DNA of 64,000 nucleotides from an uncultured Thermoplasmatales archaeon (GCA_964518165.1 CAZFFN010000093.1:706-64705); one strand, 5' to 3'; shown: positions 29,959 through 41,337, counted from the first letter of the stretch. Notes: generated from the sequence alone by a model not told the origin. Program-made: numbers and translations.

Positions 29959-30717
29959 ATGAAAACTATAGGAGTTTACACAAAAAATTTTTCTCTTTAT
30001 TATGATATCTTAAAGATACTTCGGAAAAGAAAAATTCCTTATGTTTCTCTTTCTTCGCTTGATAACATTCCAAGTAGAATTGGAGTTGTTTTAACATCTA
30101 ACAATGAATTACATGATGTGAAAAAAACAAATGTTATTGCAGCTGATGCATATGATACAGTAGAACACGCAATAGATTTAGCAGTCCAGACATTGATAGG
30201 TAAAGATCTCTACCAAACAATATATATCGGAATAGATCCAGGGGACAAACCAGGTATTGCAGTTGTAGGAGATGATATGCTTCTTTTTAAGACACATGTT
30301 GAAAGCCCTAAGGAAGTTACAGAAAAAGTAAAAAGATTTTTAAAAGAGTATCCCTCGATTCAAACTATTATTAGAATTGGCCACGGATCAATTCTATCAA
30401 GAAACAGAATTATAAATTCATTAATACCTCTAAAGATACCTATCGAAATAGTTGATGAAACAAAAACAACTCCTTCCCCTCAAGTAAAAAGACACTTACG
30501 AGATAGTGAAGCTGCTGCAGCTATAGCACTTATACACGGCGGAAAAGTACAAAGCAAGCTTCCTTTAGAACCAACAAAAGGTGAGATAAGAAACATACAG
30601 GAAAAAAGTAGGATTATTACAAATGGTAGATTTACAATCTCAGAGGAAACTGCAAAAAAAGTGTTGGAAGGAAAAATAAGTCTTAAAGACGCAATTCAAG
30701 TTGAAAAAAACTCATAA
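29959..30717 (+). CDS. Hypothetical protein with RNase H-like (YqgF/RuvC-type) fold
   Basis: IGIDPG...GIAV, VDE..TT, RD..AA..IAL. Confidence 0.6.
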   Translation: MKTIGVYTKNFSLYYDILKILRKRKIPYVSLSSLDNIPSRIGVVLTSNNELHDVKKTNVIAADAYDTVEHAIDLAVQTLIGKDLYQTIYIGIDPGDKPGIAVVGDDMLLFKTHVESPKEVTEKVKRFLKEYPSIQTIIRIGHGSILSRNRIINSLIPLKIPIEIVDETKTTPSPQVKRHLRDSEAAAAIALIHGGKVQSKLPLEPTKGEIRNIQEKSRIITNGRFTISEETAKKVLEGKISLKDAIQVEKNS

Positions 30718-30768
30718 AAAACCCAAACGTTTATGAGCAATATTACTATGCATTTTGGGTAACAGTAG

Positions 30769-32319
30769 ATGAAGATAAAAAGAGCATTAATTAGTGTATC
30801 AGACAAAGAAGGAATAGTAGACTTTTCAAAAGAATTAACCAGACTAAATATCAAAATTATTTCAACTGGGGGAACAGCTAGTGTTTTACAAAAATCAAAT
30901 GTTCCAATAATTGAAATATCAAAAATTACTAATTTTCCAGAGATGCTAGATGGTAGAGTCAAAACCCTACATCCAAAAGTACACGGCGGCATTCTGGCAA
31001 AAAGAGAAAACAAAGAACACATGAATACTTTAAAAAAACATAGTATCGATACGATCGATTTGCTTGTATGTAACTTATATCCATTTGAAAAAACAATTAA
31101 AAAAGAAAAAGTAGGAATAGATGAAGTAATTGAAAACATTGATATCGGCGGGCCAACTCTAATACGATCTGCAGCCAAAAACTACAAAGATGTAATAGTT
31201 GTAACAGATAAAAATCAATACAAAAATGTAATAGAAACTCTCAAGGAAAAAGGAGATATTAGTGTTTCTGAAAGAGAAAAACTAGCAATAGATGCATACA
31301 CTCATACAGCTCAATATGATACAATTATATCTAATTATCTTAGAAAAAGATGGACAAATGACTGCTTACCAGACACACAGAGCATAACAATGCGTAAAAA
31401 ACAAGATATGAGATACGGTGAAAACCCGCATTTGAAAGGAGCTTTTTACAAAGAAATACCTGAATTAAAAGAACCATCCATAACAAATGCAAAAAAACTC
31501 CAAGGAAAAGAATTATCATACAATAACATTCTTGATGGAGATTGTGCGATAGAAGCAATAAAAGAATACACTGAGCCTACATGTGTTATTATAAAACATG
31601 CAACACCCTGTGGAGTAGCTAGTTCTAATAATCTTTTAAAAGCATGGAAAGATGCCTTTTCAACTGATACATATTCACCATTTGGCGGAATAATTAGTTT
31701 CAACCGCGAAGTAAAAAAAGATGTAGCCGAGGAACTTTCTAACTTATTTTTAGAGGTAGTAATTGCTCCAAGTTTCTCAAAAGAGGCAAAAAAGATTTTT
31801 TCAAAAAAGAAAAATCTTAGAATCCTTGAATTAAAAGATCTTGACAAAAAAATCAAAAGAGAAGGCATGAGATTTAGAAGTGTAGTAGGAGGATTCTTAT
31901 CTCAGCAAAGAGACAGCTATTTAACACCAAGAAAAGAATGGAAGATAGTAAGTAAGAAAAAACCAACAAAAGAACAACTTAAATCAATGGAATTTGCAGT
32001 AAAAGTAGTAAAACATGTTAAATCAAACTCTGTAGTATTTGTAAAAGATACCCAGACTGTTGGAATTGGCGGAGGTCAGACTGCAAGAGTAGATGCTGCA
32101 TGGATTGCAACACATAAAGGAAAAGAAAACATAAAAGGAAGCACTCTAGCAAGTGATGCATTTTTCCCATTTCGTGATGCAGTTGATCTAGCTGCTGAAG
32201 CAGGTGTAAAAGCTATAATTCAGCCAGGGGGAAGCATACGGGATGAAGAAGTGATAAATGCTGCAGATGAACATGGAATTGCTATGGTTTTTTCAGGTCA
32301 AAGATACTTTAGACACTAA
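30769..32319 (+). CDS. purH: Bifunctional AICAR transformylase/IMP cyclohydrolase
   Basis: RALISVSDK, GRVKTLHP, RYGENPH, SDAFFPF, QPGGS.RD. Confidence 0.97.
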   Translation: MKIKRALISVSDKEGIVDFSKELTRLNIKIISTGGTASVLQKSNVPIIEISKITNFPEMLDGRVKTLHPKVHGGILAKRENKEHMNTLKKHSIDTIDLLVCNLYPFEKTIKKEKVGIDEVIENIDIGGPTLIRSAAKNYKDVIVVTDKNQYKNVIETLKEKGDISVSEREKLAIDAYTHTAQYDTIISNYLRKRWTNDCLPDTQSITMRKKQDMRYGENPHLKGAFYKEIPELKEPSITNAKKLQGKELSYNNILDGDCAIEAIKEYTEPTCVIIKHATPCGVASSNNLLKAWKDAFSTDTYSPFGGIISFNREVKKDVAEELSNLFLEVVIAPSFSKEAKKIFSKKKNLRILELKDLDKKIKREGMRFRSVVGGFLSQQRDSYLTPRKEWKIVSKKKPTKEQLKSMEFAVKVVKHVKSNSVVFVKDTQTVGIGGGQTARVDAAWIATHKGKENIKGSTLASDAFFPFRDAVDLAAEAGVKAIIQPGGSIRDEEVINAADEHGIAMVFSGQRYFRH

Positions 32320-32355
32320 AATGTCTTATAAACTAGTTTTATATACAAAAAGACA

Positions 32356-34083
32356 ATGAATTTTAGAATCTTAAAGCAAGATGGACCTGGCCATATCGGA
32401 GAAATCAAGATAAAAAATAAAAAAATTAATTCTCCAAATATTTTATTTGTAGATACAAATCGTTTCAAAGCACCGGTTTTTTCTGAAATAGTTTTAACTA
32501 ACAAAGAAAAAGATTTTGAAAAACCATCTGTAAAATCTTTAGAAAATGTAGATTTAGATAAAGATTTTTGTTCCATTAAAGAGAATAATTTACAAAAGAT
32601 TGATGAAACAAAAATATATGTTTTAAAATATGCATATCAACTTTTTAGAAAACCAAATGATTTTTTATATGAGATAATAAAAATTAGAGAAAAAATCGGA
32701 TATGAAAAAATATTATATTTACCTGCAATTTCTGACCCTTCTAATTTATCATTATTAACATACTTAGGTATTGATCTTTTTGATTCAACTAATGCAATCA
32801 TAAAAGCTAGAAAAAAATTTATGTTTTTTAGTGATGGAAATAAAAAAATAAATGATCTAAAAGAAAATCCGTGCACTTGCCCTATTTGCATCAGACTTAA
32901 GAAAAAACCAAAAGATATGATATTTGAAGAGATTCTTTATCACAATTATTATATGCTTTTTTCTGAAATTAAAAAGATTAGAAACTGTATAAGACAAAAT
33001 AATTTAAGAGATCTAGTTGAAAAAAGAGTAAAATCAAGTCCACATCTAACAAGTGTTCTAAGAACTTTAGATGAAAAATATTATGATTTTTTAGAGGAAA
33101 AAACACCTTTGATAGAAAATAATACTCTCAATGCAACAACAATAGAGTCATTAAATAGGCCTGAAATAAAAAGATTCCAAAATAGAGTTATTGATAGATA
33201 TAAAAAACCAAAATCCGCAAAAATACTTCTTCTTTTACCCTGCTCAGCAAAAAAACCATATTCTTTTTCAAAATCACACAATTTTTTTAGAAGAGCCCTA
33301 CAATCAACAAATAATTCTAATCTTATCCATGAACTAATAATTACATCACCAATGGGCATAGTTCCTAGAGAACTTGAACTTATTTATCCAGCTAGTAACT
33401 ATGATATACCCGTAACTGGAACATGGTTTGAAGATGAAAAAGAAATGATTAATTCACTATTGACAAAATATATTAAAAAAAACGATTATGATTTTGTTAT
33501 TTCTCACTTAAAAGAAGATATGAACAAGTTTATAGAAAAAGTTATAAAAATAGATAAAAAAACTTGTAAAGATCATCCCACTTCAGATAAATCATTAGAA
33601 AATCTAAAACATGTTTTGAAAAATATTACAAAAGACTATGAAAAAGTTAAAAAAAATGATAGAGTAAAAGAAAACATTGAATCATTTGCTTCTTATCAGT
33701 TTGGTAAAAAAGTAGCAAAGAAAATGCTGGATAGTTCAAAAATTATAGGCAGATATCCATATCAAAAAATAGTTAAGAATAATAATCAAATAGGAATGAT
33801 TGTAAAAGAAAAAGGCTCGATTTCATTAACTTTAGATGGAGCTGAAATATTATTTGAAGAAAAAAAGAATATTATTGAAATAGCTGATGATTTTGAACTT
33901 AAAGGATCTGTTTTTGCACCCGGGGTTAAAAACGCTGCTGAGAATATTAGGATTGGAGACGAAGTAATAGTTGTTAGAAAAAATAGTCTTTTGGGTGTAG
34001 GTTCTGCTCTTATGAACGGAAAAGATATGAAAGATCTAACTTTTGGTGAAGCAGTAAAGATTAGGCATTTGAAAAAGAATTAA
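32356..34083 (+). CDS. arcS: Archaeosine synthase alpha subunit
   Basis: TGT-like N-terminus, LPCSAKKPYS.SKSH, TSP.G.VPRELE, C-terminal PUA domain. Confidence 0.9.
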   Translation: MNFRILKQDGPGHIGEIKIKNKKINSPNILFVDTNRFKAPVFSEIVLTNKEKDFEKPSVKSLENVDLDKDFCSIKENNLQKIDETKIYVLKYAYQLFRKPNDFLYEIIKIREKIGYEKILYLPAISDPSNLSLLTYLGIDLFDSTNAIIKARKKFMFFSDGNKKINDLKENPCTCPICIRLKKKPKDMIFEEILYHNYYMLFSEIKKIRNCIRQNNLRDLVEKRVKSSPHLTSVLRTLDEKYYDFLEEKTPLIENNTLNATTIESLNRPEIKRFQNRVIDRYKKPKSAKILLLLPCSAKKPYSFSKSHNFFRRALQSTNNSNLIHELIITSPMGIVPRELELIYPASNYDIPVTGTWFEDEKEMINSLLTKYIKKNDYDFVISHLKEDMNKFIEKVIKIDKKTCKDHPTSDKSLENLKHVLKNITKDYEKVKKNDRVKENIESFASYQFGKKVAKKMLDSSKIIGRYPYQKIVKNNNQIGMIVKEKGSISLTLDGAEILFEEKKNIIEIADDFELKGSVFAPGVKNAAENIRIGDEVIVVRKNSLLGVGSALMNGKDMKDLTFGEAVKIRHLKKN

Positions 34084-34616
34084 AGTTTTTGTAAAGGTTT
34101 ATTACTATCACAAAAAGGACAAATAAGGACCTTTGTATCACTATATAGATCTGAACCTTCAGCCCAAACTGTTACACCCTCACCGCATTTTCTGCATCTA
34201 AAATTTGCTTTTAGAGATTTTTTTTCAGGTATTTCTTCAACAATACATTCAGAGTTTTTTCTAACATTTCCTACAACCCCACAATCAGGACAGGTCATTT
34301 TTGTATTAATTCCATTATTTCCTCTAGATTTTTTAACTGCAAAAATACCGCTACATACTGGGCACTTAAAATGGAATAGTCCACCGGATAATGACTTTTC
34401 AAATTCATCAACTGAAAGAGGAGGAATCTTTCTTTTTTGATAATAAAAAAGTATTGAAAGTATTAGAAGAGTAAATATAATGACATATGAAATAATCAAA
34501 AAGATTTCTATTCCAAAATCAAGTATTATATCAAATATCGATAAAATGAATATTATAGCACTAAATAAGACAAAAACAAAGAAGAATATATTTTCTTTCA
34601 ATGAATAATATTTCAT
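34080..34616 (-). CDS. Membrane protein with four CxxC motifs
   Basis: 2 TM followed by CPVC, CPDC, CRKC, CPFC. ATGA overlap with the upstream surface-protein gene. Confidence 0.75.
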   Translation of the reverse strand: MKYYSLKENIFFFVFVLFSAIIFILSIFDIILDFGIEIFLIISYVIIFTLLILSILFYYQKRKIPPLSVDEFEKSLSGGLFHFKCPVCSGIFAVKKSRGNNGINTKMTCPDCGVVGNVRKNSECIVEEIPEKKSLKANFRCRKCGEGVTVWAEGSDLYSDTKVLICPFCDSNKPLQKL

Positions 34617-37600
34617 CCAAGTATCCTCCTTTTTCTTGCAAAAAATGATAAAGAAACAATCAATGTAAGAATAACTGCAGATGCAATTAAATACCAGGCA
34701 TTTTCTCTGATATTATATGCAATATTTTCAAAAGGATTATTTTTTATTGGATTAGTCCCCATTGTAAACTCCTCTTTATTTGTATAACCATCAGAATCAA
34801 AATCTAAATCTGCATCGGAAGCATTGTATTTATCAAATCCATATTTATCTTCAAAGGTATCTATCATCCCATCATTATCTGTATCGTTTAAGTTTTTTGT
34901 AATCCAAAAAACTTTATTAATTGATTTAACTCTATTTCCCTGGTTATCTTCGGCTTCAATGTTATATATGTATTTACCCGTCTTATTATATATATAATTA
35001 AATACATACAAGTTATCATTTTCTAAATTCATCCCCATAACAAATGGAATACCTCCAGGTGGAAAAACAGTAATTTTTACTTTAGAAACTTCAACATTAT
35101 CATAACAATAACAGCTTATTTTTATCTCCTCGTCAATCAATTGAACAAAAGGAATAACATTGATGGATCTAATCTCAGGTTTTATATTATCTGCCCTTAC
35201 ACTAAAATTTCCCTGATAAGATTTAATGTTTTTTTTCTTGCTATTATCAACCGCTGTAATTTTAAAACTATATCTTCCAACAGCATCTGTTTTATCATAA
35301 ACATAAATAAAGTATTCGTCATAGGTTCTAAACATCTCATCACTTATATTTGAACCATCTGGATCAATTATGTTGATTGAAACTTTCTCTAAAAGAGATT
35401 CATCATAAATTCTTGCTTTTATTTTCACATTCTCCATTTGAATAGGATTCTTAGGATTAATAGAAACACCGGAAATAACCGGGCCTGCTGATTCAATTGG
35501 TTTAACAGTTAAAGTATCAGAGGTCACATAAGAATATGGAAAAGAAGATTCATTATTTTTACTGACCCTTATTTTTACCCCCACAAACCAGTTACCTGAT
35601 TGTGCTGAATCCCAAAAAAGAGACAATCTCTTAGATTTTTTACTTCCAAGATCAAAAACCTGGCTGTCAACTTGATTTTCAAAGAACATTACAGAATTAC
35701 TATCAGACTTTTTGTCAATATATAGAATAAGCCTATATTCCTTAGCATCACCAAGGCCTAAGTTTTCTAGATCAATAAAAACATCTACTTTATCAAACTC
35801 AAAAACATCCTTATCTGGTAGAATTATCCTATTTACTTTCAGGTTAGCATATTCATAAATAATTATTTCTTCAGAAATTTTATTATTTTCCTCATCTAAT
35901 TCTAAAAATTTATCACTTGAATCAACAAAGATTGTAACAACAAAATCACCTGAAACATTAGCAAACCATTCAAAATATACATGATTTATTTTTTCCTTAC
36001 TAATATTTGTAACAATTGTAGAAACATAAAATATATCATTAGTGCCTTTTTCTTCTATAGTTAGAGTAACATTGATATTTTCAACTGATAAAAAAGAACA
36101 TTCGATATAGGCAGTGATATTTAAGGTATCATTAATATGAAAAGATGAATAATCTTCACCCTCAACAAAAATATCTAAATCAACTGCTCTAATGTCTGGT
36201 TGACCTACATATAAAATAGTTGAGAAATTATAGAAAAAACCAGCCTGGTCAACACATGAAAAATCTATTGTCCAATTTCCTTCTTTTTCAAAGGAAATAT
36301 TATCATTGAAAAAATCGAGATTATTTCCAATATCTGTTAAATTGAAAGTATAGTTTAAAGATTCATCTTCGTTAAAAAAACTAAAACCTTCAACATAAAT
36401 AATTTTTGCAACGGAGGATACACTAACATTTACAATATTATCAACTAGTATACTCTCTGAATTAAAACTATTATTTAACTCTGCCCACCAGGTTTCAAAT
36501 ATATCATCAAAAACAATAGTGATCTCAGTTGATATATTACCAATTATTGACTCACTAAGATTTGTCCTAGAGCCTATGTTTTCCTCAACGTCAAAATAAA
36601 CACCATATGTATTAATTTTATTGGTATTTGATATCGGCCAGTTTAAAAAACCTGTTGCATTATGTGTTTTATTATAATTACTTGACTCAACAAAACTGTA
36701 ATTTTCAATAACACCTATAACTTCACCATCATCTGAATATTCAACAATTCTAATATTTTCTTTTTCAAACTTTTTTGAAAAAAGACCAAAATCATTTAAA
36801 ATCTCTGTAAAATTTAAGAACTTTGAAAAATTTCCATCTCCTTCAACTGAGATTAAATATCTATAATGCCAATTCTCATTCCACCACTCATAATAACCCA
36901 CATTAACTATTACATCAAAATTAATACTATCATGTAATTCATCTTCAAGATAAATTTCAACTGTTAAAGTTTGAACTCCAATTTCAGAAGGAGACCAATT
37001 GAAACTAAAGTAATATATCTCATCTTCATCAATTCCATTTTTTTCAAGTACATCGATTTTTCCTTCAACATTGGAACTAAGCTCAGCAGAGATTTTTTCT
37101 TCTGTACTTTTACCAACATTTTCAATACTTATATCAATCTCGGTAGTTCTATTTAATTCAAAAATATCAGGGTAAGAAAAATCAATAATATTAATATCAG
37201 TTTCTTTACTAATCACTTTAGCATGAAATACTGCTACATTATTATCAAGAGATCTTTCCTCAAAAATTTGATTGTAGTTTACAACTATTTTAAAAACATG
37301 TTCAATATTGTCACCAAAATCAGGAACCCAACTAATGTTTAGATACATCGATTTTCCAATATCTAAATCAGCATATGTTGAATTATAAGCAATCCAATCA
37401 TCACTATTATCCATAAAAAGAAAAATTTGAATATCCTTATTTGAAATATTTTCCGTACCTACATTATCAAAATTAACAACAAAAGTTGATTTTTCACCTT
37501 CATATAATTCATAATTATAATCAGCCGAAAGTAGATTTATATCTGGTTTATCTTCCTGAGCATAAGCTCCGATTGAAAATACATTTAAAAAAAGCATAAA

Positions 37601-37654
37601 AAAGATTGAAATTACTAACGTTTTTTTTACAAAAATATCTAATAACTTATACAT
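34613..37654 (-). CDS. Large surface protein with CARDB/Ig-like domains, Ca-binding repeats and C-terminal TM
   Basis: Signal peptide, CARDB-like E.DE.NN motifs, WWNENWHYR, DTDNDG...DFDSDGYTN..E...GTNP, TM followed by RKRR. SD GAGAGG supports ATG 37654. Confidence 0.8.
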   Translation of the reverse strand: MYKLLDIFVKKTLVISIFFMLFLNVFSIGAYAQEDKPDINLLSADYNYELYEGEKSTFVVNFDNVGTENISNKDIQIFLFMDNSDDWIAYNSTYADLDIGKSMYLNISWVPDFGDNIEHVFKIVVNYNQIFEERSLDNNVAVFHAKVISKETDINIIDFSYPDIFELNRTTEIDISIENVGKSTEEKISAELSSNVEGKIDVLEKNGIDEDEIYYFSFNWSPSEIGVQTLTVEIYLEDELHDSINFDVIVNVGYYEWWNENWHYRYLISVEGDGNFSKFLNFTEILNDFGLFSKKFEKENIRIVEYSDDGEVIGVIENYSFVESSNYNKTHNATGFLNWPISNTNKINTYGVYFDVEENIGSRTNLSESIIGNISTEITIVFDDIFETWWAELNNSFNSESILVDNIVNVSVSSVAKIIYVEGFSFFNEDESLNYTFNLTDIGNNLDFFNDNISFEKEGNWTIDFSCVDQAGFFYNFSTILYVGQPDIRAVDLDIFVEGEDYSSFHINDTLNITAYIECSFLSVENINVTLTIEEKGTNDIFYVSTIVTNISKEKINHVYFEWFANVSGDFVVTIFVDSSDKFLELDEENNKISEEIIIYEYANLKVNRIILPDKDVFEFDKVDVFIDLENLGLGDAKEYRLILYIDKKSDSNSVMFFENQVDSQVFDLGSKKSKRLSLFWDSAQSGNWFVGVKIRVSKNNESSFPYSYVTSDTLTVKPIESAGPVISGVSINPKNPIQMENVKIKARIYDESLLEKVSINIIDPDGSNISDEMFRTYDEYFIYVYDKTDAVGRYSFKITAVDNSKKKNIKSYQGNFSVRADNIKPEIRSINVIPFVQLIDEEIKISCYCYDNVEVSKVKITVFPPGGIPFVMGMNLENDNLYVFNYIYNKTGKYIYNIEAEDNQGNRVKSINKVFWITKNLNDTDNDGMIDTFEDKYGFDKYNASDADLDFDSDGYTNKEEFTMGTNPIKNNPFENIAYNIRENAWYLIASAVILTLIVSLSFFARKRRILG

Positions 37655-37817
37655 GGTTTTCCTTCCTCTCAGCAAAGCCCCCAATAGAGTATAATTAATA
37701 TCATTAAAGTTGTATTTCTATCTTTCTATTTTTCATTAAAATATAAAATAGGAGAAAAAAATCTATTATCATAAAATATAAAATGAGTTTATTTATACCA
37801 AAAATAGGTTTTAGAAA

Positions 37818-38321
37818 ATGATACCTAAAATAGATAAAACAAGTTTTATCGCAGAATCATCTGTTATAATTGGAAACGTAGAAATTAAAAAAAACTGCGG
37901 TGTTTTTCCAAATGCTGTAATAAGAGGAGATCAGAATAAAATTCAATTAAATGATGGATCTAATGTTCAAGACTGTGCAGTGATACATACAGACACAGAA
38001 CATAAAGTTACTATCGGAAAAAATGTATCTATTGGACATAACGCTGTAATACACGGTGCAACAATAGAAGATAACGTACTGATAGGGATGAATGCAACAG
38101 TTATGAATGGAGCAAAAATCAAAGAGGGATCGATCATTGGAGCATGCGCTCTTGTTACTGAAGACAAAGAAATACCTCCAAATAGTTTAGTAATTGGAAT
38201 TCCAGGAAAAATTGTAAAACAGGATGAAAAATTCCTTGAAATGTGTAAAAAAAATGCGAGTATATATAAAAGGCTTACAAAAGAGCATTTAGAAGAACAA
38301 CACGATCATTATAAAAAATAG
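37818..38321 (+). CDS. Gamma carbonic anhydrase family protein
   Basis: Hexapeptide repeats; IRGD, NVQD..VIH, IGH.A.IHG. Confidence 0.92.
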   Translation: MIPKIDKTSFIAESSVIIGNVEIKKNCGVFPNAVIRGDQNKIQLNDGSNVQDCAVIHTDTEHKVTIGKNVSIGHNAVIHGATIEDNVLIGMNATVMNGAKIKEGSIIGACALVTEDKEIPPNSLVIGIPGKIVKQDEKFLEMCKKNASIYKRLTKEHLEEQHDHYKK

Positions 38322-38328
38322 AAAAAAA

Positions 38329-38817
38329 TTATTTTTTCTTTTCTTCTAATTTTTTTCGAGTATAATCTAAAAGACCACCAGCATCTCTTATCTCTAGTAT
38401 TTTTTTAGGAAGCCTTGGAAAAGAAAACTCTTTTTCTCCAACCTCTAATTTTCCTTTATCTATATCGATTTCAACTTTGTCTCCTTTTTCGTATGATTTA
38501 ACTCCCTTTGGACATTCAATTAAAATGAGACCCTGATTTATTGCTGAGCGATAAAAAATCCTTGCAAAGCTTTCAGCGACAACAGCCTTTATTCCAACAG
38601 CTTTAAGGCCAACAACGGGTTGTTCTCGACTGCTACCACATCCAAAGTTTTTACCAGCAAAAAGGATATCACCAGATTCTACGTTTTCTGAAAAATCTGA
38701 ATCCAAATCCTCTAAAAGATGTGGTTTAATTTCTTCAGGTGTACTACATGAATAGGTATACTTTCCAGGGAAGAGTTGATCAGTATTTATGTTATCCCCA
38801 TATTTCCAAACTTTCAT
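38329..38817 (-). CDS. 3-isopropylmalate dehydratase/homoaconitase small subunit
   Basis: GDNINTD, NFGCGSSREQ, SFARIFYR, GGL. Confidence 0.9.
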   Translation of the reverse strand: MKVWKYGDNINTDQLFPGKYTYSCSTPEEIKPHLLEDLDSDFSENVESGDILFAGKNFGCGSSREQPVVGLKAVGIKAVVAESFARIFYRSAINQGLILIECPKGVKSYEKGDKVEIDIDKGKLEVGEKEFSFPRLPKKILEIRDAGGLLDYTRKKLEEKKK

Positions 38818-40079
38818 TATTTTATCACCTCCCTAGGATCAGTTATTTTTCCATTAATCGCTGAAGCAGCAACTGTTTCAGGACTTGACAAATATATCTC
38901 AGCATCTTTGCAGCCCATTCTTCCCTTAAAATTTCGGTTAGCGGTACTTAAGCATTTTTCTCCAGGGGCTAACACTCCTTGATGTGCTCCAAGACATGGA
39001 CCACAACCAGGCGGAAGAATCATTGCACCAGATTTAACTAGGGTTGAAATGTATCCTTTTTCTATTGCTTTTTCATAGATATCTTTAGATGCTGGAAGAA
39101 CAAGAAATCTAAGATTTGGACTAATCTTTTTGTTTTTTAATATTTCTGCAGCGATCTTGATATCAGATAATCTACCATTTGTACAAGTTCCAAGAAGACA
39201 TTGTTGTATCTCTAGACCTACCATGTCAGAAATATTTCTGACATTATCCACAGTATGTGGACAAGCAATCTTTGGTTCGATATTTGATAAATCATATTCA
39301 AATTCTTGACAATAAGTTGCATCATCATCAGGATAAATAGAGCCATATGAATTCTTTACACCAATTGATTTAAGATAATTTTTTGTAATATCATCTACAA
39401 AAAAAACAGAGTTTTTTGCACCCATTTCAACACCCATATTTGCAATTGTGAAACGCTCATCTATTGAAAACTGATCTGTATCTCCATGATATTCTACCGA
39501 ACAATATGTAGCACCAGACGCAGAAATATCTCCAATGATATGAAGGATTAAATCCTTAGCTGAAACCCCCGCACTTAATTTGTTTGATAAAACCATCTTT
39601 ATACTTTCAGGAACTTTTAACCAAGTTTCACCTGTAAGAATCAAAGAAGCAGCCTCCGTTCGATCTATCCCAGACGAAAAAGCACCCACTGCCCCATATG
39701 AACAGGTATGTGAATCACTTCCAAGCAATAGTTCTCCAGGTAAGGCAAATCCTTTCTCTAAAACAATCTGATGACATATACCAACTCCTGCATCAAAGAA
39801 ATTTTTAACATCATATTTTTTTACAAATTCTCTAATTTTTTTATGATTAGTAGCTGTTTTTTCTGATGCAGCAGGTACTACATGGTCGAGTACGATAACA
39901 GATAAATCTTTAGAGTAAATTCCATACTCATTAAGTTCAGAATCTATCTTCTGAATTATTGCTGCAGTATTATCATGAGTTAAAAGATGATCTGGTTTTA
40001 CTGTTACTATTTGACTAGGTTCAACTTCTTTTTTATTTCCATATTTTGCTAAGACTTTTTCAGCAAATGTTTGCCTCAT
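38817..40079 (-). CDS. 3-isopropylmalate dehydratase/homoaconitase large subunit
   Basis: GICHQ, DSHT, GTCTNGR, GCGPCLG, STANRNFKGRMG. Confidence 0.92.
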   Translation of the reverse strand: MRQTFAEKVLAKYGNKKEVEPSQIVTVKPDHLLTHDNTAAIIQKIDSELNEYGIYSKDLSVIVLDHVVPAASEKTATNHKKIREFVKKYDVKNFFDAGVGICHQIVLEKGFALPGELLLGSDSHTCSYGAVGAFSSGIDRTEAASLILTGETWLKVPESIKMVLSNKLSAGVSAKDLILHIIGDISASGATYCSVEYHGDTDQFSIDERFTIANMGVEMGAKNSVFFVDDITKNYLKSIGVKNSYGSIYPDDDATYCQEFEYDLSNIEPKIACPHTVDNVRNISDMVGLEIQQCLLGTCTNGRLSDIKIAAEILKNKKISPNLRFLVLPASKDIYEKAIEKGYISTLVKSGAMILPPGCGPCLGAHQGVLAPGEKCLSTANRNFKGRMGCKDAEIYLSSPETVAASAINGKITDPREVIK

Positions 40080-40223
40080 TATTTTATCTCTCCATAATAC
40101 AATCTAAATATCTTAATTTTGATAATTTGAATCAATTATACCTTATTTAATGGTTTTTTTGCTAAATGACATAATTATTGGAAAAATATAAGTTATAGAA
40201 GTTACATATTACTATGTTGGAGG

Positions 40224-41213
40224 GTGATGAAGGGAGTGAAGAAAAATATTATTAAAAATAATTCTGCACTTGCAGGTGTTATTGAAGCTCTTTTACTTGT
40301 TGCACTTGTTGCAATAATTCTTTCTACAATTCAACTTGTGTATATTCCTGAAATTATGAAACAAAGAGAAAATGACCATGTGGATGATGTGGAAAACCAG
40401 TTTGCACATCTGAAATCTGTTGTAGAAACACAATCTATGCTCGGGGTTATGGAATCTGGTGATTCAATATCGCATTCTCCTATATCTTCACCAATAACCC
40501 TTGGATCTGATAAAATGCCCTATTTTATTACTGCTCAAACAAAAGGATATATAGAAATAATAGACGATGATAAATCCGGCGATAACAGTAAGATAGTCTT
40601 TAACCCGCCTATACCTACATCTGAAACATATCCTGGAAAATACAAAACAGAAATTCCACTAACTAGCATCAAGTATGAAATGAACAGTATGTATCTTGAT
40701 TATGATGTGAAATATATATTTGAAGCAGGAGGACTAATTTTAAACCAAACGGGCAGAACAGATTGTACAGGTGAAGTAACAAGGGTAAATCCCGCTATGA
40801 TTGTTAAAAATATTACCGGGGCTGATGAAAAAATTACCATTAATTATTATATTCCAATTTTCCTCTGTGAACCAGGTAAGGATATAACTGAACAAGCAAT
40901 ATATGATGCCTATATTAGAACCAATTACTCCAACCATTATGAAACAAGTGCAATTTCGCCAGTAACAACAATTACGATATATTCAGAATATGCAGAGGGC
41001 TGGTACAACTTTTTAATGGAGGAGGAAAAAGGACTTCTATGGGAATATGCAAATCCAAGTCTTTCAAATAAATATATAGATGTTGAGTATGTGAAAAGCG
41101 GTGATCCTCATATAATAATATCAAAATCTGCTTCAGGAACAAAAGATATCTATATAGAATTAAAAGTGATAGAGATTGGTGTTCAAACAGGTACAGGAAC
41201 TATAATCAGCTAA
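40224..41213 (+). CDS. Pilin-like protein with class III signal peptide
   Basis: Basic N-terminus KKNIIKNNSA followed by hydrophobic LAGVIEALLLVALVAIILS; P...K..E.DH...V.NQF. Confidence 0.65.
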   Translation: MMKGVKKNIIKNNSALAGVIEALLLVALVAIILSTIQLVYIPEIMKQRENDHVDDVENQFAHLKSVVETQSMLGVMESGDSISHSPISSPITLGSDKMPYFITAQTKGYIEIIDDDKSGDNSKIVFNPPIPTSETYPGKYKTEIPLTSIKYEMNSMYLDYDVKYIFEAGGLILNQTGRTDCTGEVTRVNPAMIVKNITGADEKITINYYIPIFLCEPGKDITEQAIYDAYIRTNYSNHYETSAISPVTTITIYSEYAEGWYNFLMEEEKGLLWEYANPSLSNKYIDVEYVKSGDPHIIISKSASGTKDIYIELKVIEIGVQTGTGTIIS

Positions 41214-41337
41214 CTAGTAAAATAAGAAAGCTTTTTATCAACCAAAATATATAGTTTTATGATAATAGGATGAGATAAATAAAGAAAATTTTGATTAAAA
41301 ATAAGATAATAAATTAGATAAAGTGAGAGAAAACGAT

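Noticed and set aside
29959..30717. Possible transposase, TnpB or Cas RuvC nuclease
   Set aside because: No terminal repeats, Zn finger or array; housekeeping context.
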